Shown here: positions 27,036-34,933 of the stretch, one piece after another | How the letters are laid out: every line of letters begins with the position of its first letter | Numbering within the stretch: position 1 is the first letter of the stretch | NCBI GenBank assembly: GCA_038888615.1 | Contig: JAWAID010000002.1 | Location: forward strand, 211,594 to 275,593 | DNA from: Candidatus Korarchaeum sp. | GTDB taxonomy: Archaea > Korarchaeota > Korarchaeia > Korarchaeales > Korarchaeaceae | Length of the DNA stretch: 64,000 bases | Reading direction: 5' to 3' | Notes under the pieces: model-generated | What the model was told of the DNA's origin: nothing | What the model saw: only the letters and a program-made list of their open reading frames with translations | Databases searched by the model: none | Position numbers and translations under genes: made by a program

Positions 27036-28064
27036 ATGTCCTCCGGTGCGGTATCATTCAGTATTAGGTTCTCAGATTACGTCAGGTCGAGCCCCTCCCT
27101 GAGGTACCTGTTCTTCGGGGGAAAGGGTGGCGTCGGTAAGACTGTGATAGCAGCTGGTACTGCGTTATACTTCGCGAAGCAGGGGAGGAGAACGGTAATC
27201 TCCTCAACGAACCCTGTACATAGTCTATCGAGTGTATTCCAGAGGGATATTTGGGGAAAGGGCGTTCAGAAGATAAGTGAGAACCTCTACGCCGTGGAGT
27301 TCGATATAGAGAGGACTGTGGAGAGGTATAGAGCTGATATGAGGGAGAAGCTCATGGCATTCATAAAATCCGCTGATATACCTGTCGATCCGGAGCCCTT
27401 CTTAGATGCTGCTACTACGAACCCTGCTTTCGAAGAAGCAGCTATGTTCGATGAGATGGTCGAACTGATCCTGAAGGATGAGTTCGATGTCTACGTTTTC
27501 GATACAGCACCTGTAGCGCATACCTACAGGTTACTGGGTCTCTCAAAGGTCTACGACCTCTGGTTGAGGAGGTTGATAAAGAGCAGGGAGGAGGCTCTCT
27601 CAATGAAGGTGAAGCTCTCCTTTAGGAAGGAGAAGATAATAGAGGAAATAAAGAAGGATCCGATCTTACAGAGTGCTTTAGAGACTAGAAGGAAGACTGA
27701 GGAAGCTAAGAGAATACTAACTGACTCAGCGAAGACAGCTTTCTTCTTCGTAACCTTACCCCTAGCTCTTCCTATAGCTGTTATCGAGAGATTCATAACT
27801 TGGGTAAGGGCATTTGAGATACCGGTCGGTGGGGTTATAGTGAACGAGGTGATCCCGAGATCCCTGGGGAAGGTTCCGAATCCCTCACCTTACGTCGTCA
27901 ACAAACTCAAGGAACAAGATGGATACCTCGAGATGATCCACAGAAAGTTCCCTGACCTCGTGAGGGCCTACGTACCTCTCTACGAGAGAGAGGTCGTGGG
28001 ACTTGAGATGCTGAACAGGGTAGCAGAGGCCTTGGAGAGCGGAGGGATAGAGCTGATCCAGTGA
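27036..28064 (+). CDS. ArsA/Get3-family P-loop ATPase, copy 2 (switch I Asp replaced by Asn)
   Basis: GGKGGVGKT, switch I STNPVHSL (AAC codon at 27210-27212), switch II DTAPVAHTYRLL. SD GGGTGAT before the ATG. Confidence 0.88.
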   Translation: MSSGAVSFSIRFSDYVRSSPSLRYLFFGGKGGVGKTVIAAGTALYFAKQGRRTVISSTNPVHSLSSVFQRDIWGKGVQKISENLYAVEFDIERTVERYRADMREKLMAFIKSADIPVDPEPFLDAATTNPAFEEAAMFDEMVELILKDEFDVYVFDTAPVAHTYRLLGLSKVYDLWLRRLIKSREEALSMKVKLSFRKEKIIEEIKKDPILQSALETRRKTEEAKRILTDSAKTAFFFVTLPLALPIAVIERFITWVRAFEIPVGGVIVNEVIPRSLGKVPNPSPYVVNKLKEQDGYLEMIHRKFPDLVRAYVPLYEREVVGLEMLNRVAEALESGGIELIQ

Positions 28065-28065
28065 G

Positions 28066-28689
28066 TTAAAGGTTCGATAAACTCTCCCCTACTTTGAGTA
28101 GTAGATCAAACATGTTCCTTATTGAACCTTCGCTCTTTATGTTCCCCACTACCTTAACCCACTTGAAGTCCCTCCCTATCCTGAGGTACTCGAGACAATC
28201 CAATGATTCCTTTAGCTCGTGCCTTATGCTTTCTATAAACCTCCTAGCCTCGCTCACCTGATCTGTGAACACAGTCATCTTGAACTCATCCAAGTAGATA
28301 TCCTTGAGAGCTTCACAAGTGCCCTCCAGCTGTTTCCTGCTCCTCACTATTTGAACGTCGAGGTTGGGCATTCTAACGAGCTCCCCCCAGAGGGAGATTC
28401 GGTCCTTATCCCCGAACAATGGAGATATTAAATAGAACATTGGGTTCTCTCTCCACGTCAGAGAGACACTTACATCTATTCTAGTGAAAACATCGTGTCT
28501 TTTAGGTATGCAGAGGGCTTTAAACCCCCTCCCATATCTAATGAAACCTACGTATTCGGAGAAAGGGGAGGACTGCTCCCTAATTACCTCAGCATATCTC
28601 CTAAAAATCTTATTACTTCTCCAGAGGCCAATTGTAAATAATATTGCAAAAATCACTACGACTAATAGCAGAGCGAGAGTTTCGCTCAT
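28066..28689 (-). CDS. Hypothetical N-terminally anchored membrane protein
   Basis: TM LALLLVVVIFAILFTIGLW followed by a soluble domain of about 170 aa. Convergent with ArsA copy 2, with stops 1 nt apart. A/T box about 30 nt upstream. Confidence 0.55.
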   Translation of the reverse strand: MSETLALLLVVVIFAILFTIGLWRSNKIFRRYAEVIREQSSPFSEYVGFIRYGRGFKALCIPKRHDVFTRIDVSVSLTWRENPMFYLISPLFGDKDRISLWGELVRMPNLDVQIVRSRKQLEGTCEALKDIYLDEFKMTVFTDQVSEARRFIESIRHELKESLDCLEYLRIGRDFKWVKVVGNIKSEGSIRNMFDLLLKVGESLSNL

Positions 28690-28918
28690 AATGTGATTAA
28701 GTACGAGCAGGGATATAAAAAGTCCCCACCTCTCTCAGGGGAGGTTGTTCTTATCTTAATCTTTCTAAACTGGGCGACCCGAAGGTGCGTTGTGCGCGTT
28801 TCGACCCTCGATGCGTGGTCAACCCTAACTGAACTTGAACGCCTTCTACATAGTCTCTGAGGAGCTCTCATAGTTAGAACGAGTACTATATCGTTAAGGA
28901 GGTGTTGAGGAGGGTGAG

Positions 28919-29440
28919 ATGGACGAGGAGAGGGCGATCGAGAGCTCCACAAGGATAGCGATAAGTAAAACGAGATCTCAGTTCAGCTACAATGAGGTAT
29001 ACTCCGCGTTCTCGAGAGCAGTGAATAGGATCTCAGGGAATGAGCTAGTTCTCGAAGGGGTTAGGGAGTCCTCCAAGCTCTTAAGAGTGAAGGGTATCGG
29101 CTCGCTACAGTAGCGATCTTCTAGCCGGGTTACTTGAGCAGAGTATCTCGGATAAAACCAATCTCCCCAGCTACTTCGACGTTCGAGTGTACACCGATGA
29201 AGTCCATTGTCTAAAACCCAACCCCAAGATCTTCAGGATGGCTTTGGACCCACTGGGCTACTCTCCAGTTAGTTCTGTGCACGGGTGGTGGCATCGGGGA
29301 GGCTGCTGGGGCGGGTAGCTGCCGGTATGGTCGCTGTGCTGATGGACTGGAGGAGAGGCTCTAGGATCACTGATAAGGGGATCAGGATAGCCGTTGTAAG
29401 TCATATAAGGGATGTCTTGGGTGTTGTCGAGGAGCTTTAA
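28919..29440 (+). pseudogene. HAD-superfamily hydrolase, decayed (stop plus at least 2 frameshifts)
   Basis: Three consecutive frame pieces. Frame 2: ...LEGVRESSKLLRVKGIGSLQ*. Frame 0: ...YFDVRVYTDEVHCLKPNPKIFRMALDPLGYSPVSSVH.... Frame 2: AAGMVAVLMDW...*. These are the typical HAD middle and C-terminal motifs in order. No intact DxDGT N-terminus was seen. Confidence 0.75.
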
Positions 29441-29964
29441 GCTACCTTAGAGCTCAGGTAGAAGAGCAGTAGCGTTAGCGATTTCATGTCCCTGGGACAG
29501 CTGAGGTCGGAGAGGTAGTCTTCGGGTCTCATGAGGACTACCCCCAGGATCTCCCCTCCCTCGGGCCGAGGCTCCCCTCTTCTCAGGCCCCTAGCAATGA
29601 ACATGTGAATCAGCTCATCGCTATACCCTGGGGAGACGTAAGCGGAGCATATCTTCTCAATGGACTCAGCTGAGTATCCCGTCTCCTCCTCAAGTTCCCT
29701 CAGAGCAGTCTTCTCAGGATCCTCCCCCTCCTCGACCCTACCTGCTGGTAGCTCAACGACCCACCTCCCTAGGGGAGCGCGATACTGCCTCACGAAGACG
29801 GCCCTTCCGTCATCCAGCAGGGGGAGTACAACCACCGACTCTCCGAATGAGACGAGGTCCTTATGAACCCTCCTTCCCTCTACGATCAGAGTCCTCCTGT
29901 ATAGCTTGACTCTCCTCCCTGAGCAGAGGAGCTCATCAGCATCTATCAATGGTTCCATTGGCAC
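29437..29964 (-). CDS. NUDIX hydrolase (ADP-ribose pyrophosphatase-like)
   Basis: Nudix box GRVEEGEDPEKTALRELEEETGY. Confidence 0.9.
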   Translation of the reverse strand: MPMEPLIDADELLCSGRRVKLYRRTLIVEGRRVHKDLVSFGESVVVLPLLDDGRAVFVRQYRAPLGRWVVELPAGRVEEGEDPEKTALRELEEETGYSAESIEKICSAYVSPGYSDELIHMFIARGLRRGEPRPEGGEILGVVLMRPEDYLSDLSCPRDMKSLTLLLFYLSSKVA

Positions 29965-30013
29965 CCATTAAGCCTCACCGGCTTAGATAAAAAGCCCGGT
30001 TATGGGAGCCCGC

Positions 30014-31474
30014 CTACCCTCCCGACTGCCCCTTTACGAAGTGCTGAGTCGCATCGATATCGCAAGCGAAGCAACTACCGCAATGCGTGTTGCAGTAGTT
30101 ACGAGGTGGGGAACAGCAAGAGAGGACCCATCGGTAATTTGAGAACATGTAGTAACCTGCTGGTGGGTTCGTTGTCTTATACCTCACATAATACTTGCTC
30201 CACTCACGTGTCGCGTTCTTGTTCATCTCCCAGATCATATCATGAGACCAGCTGTAGCCCTCGATTGAGGCTCTATAGAAGAACTTCACCTGTATCGAGT
30301 TCACCTGAGAGCCCGGTACTCCGCACCCCCCTGACCTAGCTGAGTTCCAATAGTAGTTCAAGTTCGTGGTGTAAGTACTGGTGCAGAACTCACCCAGGAA
30401 GTGGTGCATATCGGGTTCGCCCGATGAGTAGCAACCTACCCATACCCTACCCGCTTGCTGCCAGTTGCTTATGTAGTACCATTTGTTGTCCTGCGGGGGA
30501 TCGAAGGGAGGGTTACATGATGTTATAACGTAAGTCTCGTTCTTGGAGAGAAGGTAGAGCATCTGGTAAGCTCCATAGTACTCCAAGTGAATGAAGGAAA
30601 GACGGCCTATGTCATCATCCATCCTATCCAAGACCCTCGATACCATCTCATCCGTGCTCATGTTCTTATCGAGCCAGGACACAAGCTCATCTAAGTAGCC
30701 CCCTCTCTCCCTCCTCGCCACCTCTATCTCCCACTTCACATCCTCACTGAAGTCCCCTCTTACCGCTCTCTCAACTAGAAGCTCGAGATAGTTCCTCATC
30801 TTATTGAGGTCCTCCAAGTAATATTCGGCCTCTAACCGAGCTGAGAGGAGATTCTCCTCGATATTGTGCTCCGAGTATTTTATGCGGAGGTTCCATGGGC
30901 TCTTACCTATGAGCTTATCGCGAAGCACTGTGAGCATACCGTATCTGTAGGCGCCAGTGAGTAGCCACTCTATCTCCTTATCGTATCTCTCCAGGGATAG
31001 CTTCAACATCTCATCCGTGCTCATGTTCTTATCGAGCCAGGACACGAGCTCATCTAAGTAGCCCCCTCTCTCCCTCCTCGCCACCTCTATCTCCCACTTC
31101 ATATCCTCACTGAAGTCCCCTCTTACCGCTCTCTCAACTAGAAACTCTATGTAGTACCTATGGGCGAAGTCCGCGGGTTCACTGTGCTCCACAACGGCAT
31201 AGGAATAAAAGGCCAAATCCGATATGTTCAGGGAGGTGTATACGGTCGTCTTTCCCACTCTATAGGTAATGTTGGTACTCAGCTTGAACCTACCGATCAT
31301 ATCCTCCTCAACCCTAGAGAAGGGGATGCAGATGAGCTCAGCATCGCTCTCAAGTCCCTTCCCCCTAGGCCCTTTACTGCTCTCCTCGGCAAGCCAGCTA
31401 TCTCTAGTGAGCAATAGGGGGGAGCTCAACAGTATAGCCAGGACGAGCAATAGCGGGAGGTAAACCTTCGGCAT
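30014..31474 (-). CDS. Secreted hypothetical protein with internal 121-aa period and Cys-rich C-terminal domain
   Basis: Signal peptide MPKVYLPLLLVLAILLSS. A 47-aa block (L/F)LVERAVRGDFSED(V/M)KWEIEVARRERGGYLDELVSWLDKNMSTDEM occurs twice. C-terminus ...SCCSPPRNYCNTHCGSCFACD.... Confidence 0.7.
   Translation of the reverse strand: MPKVYLPLLLVLAILLSSPLLLTRDSWLAEESSKGPRGKGLESDAELICIPFSRVEEDMIGRFKLSTNITYRVGKTTVYTSLNISDLAFYSYAVVEHSEPADFAHRYYIEFLVERAVRGDFSEDMKWEIEVARRERGGYLDELVSWLDKNMSTDEMLKLSLERYDKEIEWLLTGAYRYGMLTVLRDKLIGKSPWNLRIKYSEHNIEENLLSARLEAEYYLEDLNKMRNYLELLVERAVRGDFSEDVKWEIEVARRERGGYLDELVSWLDKNMSTDEMVSRVLDRMDDDIGRLSFIHLEYYGAYQMLYLLSKNETYVITSCNPPFDPPQDNKWYYISNWQQAGRVWVGCYSSGEPDMHHFLGEFCTSTYTTNLNYYWNSARSGGCGVPGSQVNSIQVKFFYRASIEGYSWSHDMIWEMNKNATREWSKYYVRYKTTNPPAGYYMFSNYRWVLSCCSPPRNYCNTHCGSCFACDIDATQHFVKGQSGG
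30644..30784. repeat. Direct repeat copy 1 (about 141 bp, intragenic)
   Basis: Identical to 31007-31147 except for 3 mismatches counted by eye. Offset 363 bp (121 codons). Confidence 0.9.
31007..31147. repeat. Direct repeat copy 2 (about 141 bp, intragenic)
   Basis: See copy 1. Confidence 0.9.
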
Positions 31475-31514
31475 ACGATCTTTAGGGAGGATGATCTTAT
31501 AGGCCTTTCACTCG

Positions 31515-31787
31515 TTAAGAACCCCCTCCCAGCGGAGGGAAGAGTGAGAACTCATCCCCGTCCTTAAGGGGATCTTCGAAATTAGGCCATTCCCCCCTTC
31601 TGACCAATATATAACTCCTAGTACCGATCTTCCTGTTTAACAGCTTCCCCTTGAAGCCATCGAACCTCTCCTCGATTGCCCTCAGAAGATCGGACACCAT
31701 CGACCCCTCCGGAAGCTCCAGTGACAACTCATCAGTACCAGAGAGCTCCCTGTAGAAGGCGTAGAACCTCACCCTCACCCTGGGCAT
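31515..31787 (-). CDS. MoaD/ThiS-family beta-grasp (ubiquitin-like) small protein
   Basis: 90 aa. ...GDEFSLFPPLGGGS C-terminus: a MoaD-like FPP-x-GG followed by an extra tail. Confidence 0.6.
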   Translation of the reverse strand: MPRVRVRFYAFYRELSGTDELSLELPEGSMVSDLLRAIEERFDGFKGKLLNRKIGTRSYILVRRGEWPNFEDPLKDGDEFSLFPPLGGGS

Positions 31788-31819
31788 CGCGAAGCTACCT
31801 CTCGCTACTTAAAAAGGAT

Positions 31820-32245
31820 TCACTCCCTCAGATCGGTTACCTCAGCTCTCTGATGCTCTAGGATAGCCTTAGGGGAGATCTTAATGAGCCTTCTCCTAGA
31901 GCCTCCTCCCCCGTATACTACATCCCTCTCCAGAACCCTCTCATCGATTAGCGTTCTTAACGGTACTCCGATCGGGGGGACCTCCCCTACCTCAAATCCG
32001 GTGAGCTCCCTGACCTCCTCCCGGGTAGCCAACCTCCCTCCCAGCTTCACGAGGTCGAGCCTCGAGTTACCGCTCAGGACAGCTAGCAGAGGTCCCTCAG
32101 GGGTTATCACTACTAGAGTCTTTATTATCTGGTCCTCGGGAACCCCCATCTCCTCAGCAGCTTGCTTCACGGTCGAAACTTCCCTTTCGGTCTCAATGAC
32201 CTCCCCTCCCAGCTTTCTCACTAACTCCTCGATGGAGCGGGGCAC
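31820..32245 (-). CDS. YbaK/ProX-like aminoacyl-tRNA trans-editing deacylase domain protein
   Basis: About 140 aa. ...IKTLVV........AVL.G..RLDL.KL... and ...PPIG.P....D..V..........GGG... pattern typical of the YbaK family. Confidence 0.6.
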   Translation of the reverse strand: MPRSIEELVRKLGGEVIETEREVSTVKQAAEEMGVPEDQIIKTLVVITPEGPLLAVLSGNSRLDLVKLGGRLATREEVRELTGFEVGEVPPIGVPLRTLIDERVLERDVVYGGGGSRRRLIKISPKAILEHQRAEVTDLRE

Positions 32246-32246
32246 A

Positions 32247-32996
32247 TCAGGCCCCTCCCAGGGACCTTATCTCGCGGGCCCTCAGCTTAACTGAGTAGAG
32301 GTATCCACCTAGGATATCAGAGGGTTTGAAGTAATCTAACTCATCGTTGAATCCTCCCTCTAACTCCAGGCTCCCCTTCCCTGAGAGAATCCTCGCATAA
32401 TTAGCTTCGGGGATGAACTCGATGAGCTCATCCACCCCCATGGGCTTGAAGTATCTCCTGAGGAGCCAGCTCCCGAAATCGTCAAGAGGAATCCTCTCCA
32501 CTTTTGTTTTAGGTTCAACTGTTATCCTGAACAGGTTATATCCGGCTCTGTAAGCCAGGCCACCGTACCTCCTGGGTTCGAAGAGCTCGTGAAATCTAGT
32601 CATCTCTATCTTGGCTATTTTCTTCGGGAAACCAAAGATGAGCCCCCTAACTAAGGACAAGTCGTTATCCACGTACATGAAGGGACAGTAAGCGTAACTC
32701 CTTCCATCTAGCTCCACTTTAACGAATACCGCGGCCTCCTTGTACTGAAGCAGGTCCGGAGCTAAGTAGTTCATCTCCTCCGAGCTATCGCTGTAGGATA
32801 TTATCTCAGCTACGTAGAACCAGAGGTCCCCTGAGGACTTCAGCCTCTGAGGAAGAACGCTGGCGATCCTCTCACCGTATCCTTTAGCGTGAACGGCGAT
32901 TACGTCCATCACGTAGGTCCAGGGACCATCGGGCACGAGGGCTGACCTTCCACTAGGGGTGATGGGTCCCGTCCAAGGCATATCAAAGTTACTCAA
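32247..32996 (-). CDS. Acetoacetate decarboxylase (ADC) family protein
   Basis: About 250 aa. The N-terminal ...P.SRSALVPDGPW.Y....I.V. segment and overall beta-rich pattern recall the ADC family. Assigned from memory of the family only. Confidence 0.55.
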   Translation of the reverse strand: MSNFDMPWTGPITPSGRSALVPDGPWTYVMDVIAVHAKGYGERIASVLPQRLKSSGDLWFYVAEIISYSDSSEEMNYLAPDLLQYKEAAVFVKVELDGRSYAYCPFMYVDNDLSLVRGLIFGFPKKIAKIEMTRFHELFEPRRYGGLAYRAGYNLFRITVEPKTKVERIPLDDFGSWLLRRYFKPMGVDELIEFIPEANYARILSGKGSLELEGGFNDELDYFKPSDILGGYLYSVKLRAREIRSLGGA

Positions 32997-33020
32997 TGAT
33001 CAAATAAAAGCATGGCGAGC

Positions 33021-33929
33021 TCACTCCCTTACATAAGCCCTTCCAAGCTCCCTCGGGGCCCTTCCCTTCCTGAAGAGGAGGCTAACGGATAGTAAGACGG
33101 CTAAGTAAGGTATCGTCCTGAAGATGTAAGTGAGCGACGTCAGGTTCAATCCCGGGTTCATCAACTGCATCTTCACGGGCAGGTATAGGGAGACGGCATC
33201 GAAGAAACCGAATATCACGCTGCCAGCTATGGCGTGCAGGGGATTCCATCCACTCAGAGCGACTATAGCGAGGGCTATGAACCCCCTGCCTGCGGATATG
33301 TACCTGGTGAACTGCCCTATCCATCCCACGACTATGTAAGCCCCTCCCAACCCCGTGAGGGTAGCTCCCAGGAGGGTAGCGAGGAACCTCGCCCTAACCA
33401 CGTTCACGCCCATGGCCTCAGCTGACCTAGGATCCTCGCCGCAAGCCCTCAACCTCAGGCCCGCCGGTGTCTTGAATAACCAGTACCAGCAAGCTAGGGC
33501 TAAGGCCAGGGCCACCGGAAGCAGTGGGGATAAGTAGGCTTGGCCCCCGGTGAGAGGTACCTTGCTCACCATGGGCGAGGCTCCGTGATGCCCCCAGGTG
33601 TTTATTAACCCCAAGATGCTGATCCCATAGGCTAGCGTGTTGAAGCCCACACCAGCTATTATCTGGTCTCCCCTCAGGTGAACGCTTATCAACCCATGCA
33701 GGGAGCCGGCTAATAAGCCGACCAGTGCTCCGGACATCAGCCCCAAGTACGGGTTCCCCGTGTTGAAGGTGACGAGTGAGGAGACGAAGGCTGAGAGCAC
33801 CAGAATCCCCTCGAGCCCTATATTGACGACACCGCTCCTCTCAGTCATTATCTCGCCGACACTAGCTAATAGGATAGGTACAGCCGCTACCAGCGTTTGG
33901 GATAACAGGTTCAATAGGTCCTCCATCAC
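33021..33929 (-). CDS. ABC transporter permease (BMP/nucleoside-simple sugar type)
   Basis: Multi-TM protein in an operon with a BMP lipoprotein and a duplicated ATPase. Confidence 0.85.
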   Translation of the reverse strand: MMEDLLNLLSQTLVAAVPILLASVGEIMTERSGVVNIGLEGILVLSAFVSSLVTFNTGNPYLGLMSGALVGLLAGSLHGLISVHLRGDQIIAGVGFNTLAYGISILGLINTWGHHGASPMVSKVPLTGGQAYLSPLLPVALALALACWYWLFKTPAGLRLRACGEDPRSAEAMGVNVVRARFLATLLGATLTGLGGAYIVVGWIGQFTRYISAGRGFIALAIVALSGWNPLHAIAGSVIFGFFDAVSLYLPVKMQLMNPGLNLTSLTYIFRTIPYLAVLLSVSLLFRKGRAPRELGRAYVRE

Positions 33930-34933
33930 GACGCGACCCTCCTCGACACGATGACCCTCGCTAAGTGGGGGATCGAGAGCACTATGACTATGATCCCTAT
34001 GAACACGTCAGCTAATTCGGTCGGAACCCCCGCCCTGAGTTCAGCGGCCTCCCCTCCGATTATCAGCAGGGAGAGGAACATGGAGGAGAGCACTATGCCA
34101 ACCGGGTTGTTCCTCCCCAGGAGCCCGGCCCCTATGCCGGCGAACCCCATCCCGTAGAGCCCGGACATGGTGGAGTCTATCGCGTGAGTATGACCTAATA
34201 TCAGCAAGCTCCCGCCTAAGCCGCTCATCGCTCCGCCTAAAGCCATAGAGATCACGATGACTCTCTCCGGATTGAAGCCAGCGTACCTAGCCGACTTAGG
34301 CGAGCTGCCAACGACCCTCATCTCGTAACCCAAGCTGGAGTGAAATATCACGAAGTACATAGCGATAGATGTCAGCACAGCTATAGGGAAGATCAGGGGT
34401 ACTGAGACGGGCCCAAGGTCGAGGTTCCCTATCCTAGCTGCCTTAGGCACTGAGACGGACTGGTAGGGCATCATCGGGTCGTAGAGGTGCATGGTCACCG
34501 AGTAAGCTAGGAGGAAGTAGATGATCCAGTTGAGCATTATCGAAGTTACAACCTCATTCACACCCCTCCTCACCCTTATCAACGCGATCACTAACCCTAA
34601 GAGGCCACCTGACGCGCAGCCAGTTGCGAGAGCTAGGGGGCTGCTCCCCAGGAGGTAAGAGACCATCAGTGAGAGGAGAGCCCCCAAGTAGAACTGACCC
34701 TCCCCACCTATGTTGAAGACTCCGGTTAGCGAGGGTATCGAGAACGCGAGGGCCGTGAGGATCAGGGGAGTGCTCCTGATCATGAGGTAATGCGGGTTCC
34801 TCAGAGCATCGGATAGCACTATCGTGAAGACCCTCGAGGCATCGTACCCCATGACGAGGAGCATCAAGTAGCCTGAGAGGAAGCTCAGAAGAACTGAAAT
34901 GGAGATCTCGATGATTAAGCTTGATCTAGGCAC
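33926..34933 (-). CDS. ABC transporter permease (BMP/nucleoside-simple sugar type)
   Basis: Multi-TM protein that overlaps both neighbouring genes. Confidence 0.85.
   Translation of the reverse strand: MPRSSLIIEISISVLLSFLSGYLMLLVMGYDASRVFTIVLSDALRNPHYLMIRSTPLILTALAFSIPSLTGVFNIGGEGQFYLGALLSLMVSYLLGSSPLALATGCASGGLLGLVIALIRVRRGVNEVVTSIMLNWIIYFLLAYSVTMHLYDPMMPYQSVSVPKAARIGNLDLGPVSVPLIFPIAVLTSIAMYFVIFHSSLGYEMRVVGSSPKSARYAGFNPERVIVISMALGGAMSGLGGSLLILGHTHAIDSTMSGLYGMGFAGIGAGLLGRNNPVGIVLSSMFLSLLIIGGEAAELRAGVPTELADVFIGIIVIVLSIPHLARVIVSRRVAS

Noticed and set aside
28686-28952. 88-aa minus ORF between the membrane-protein gene and the HAD pseudogene.
   Set aside because: It is Arg/Ser/Pro-rich and overlaps the start of the neighbouring gene and the pseudogene. 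It has no motifs and is probably a chance ORF in decayed sequence.
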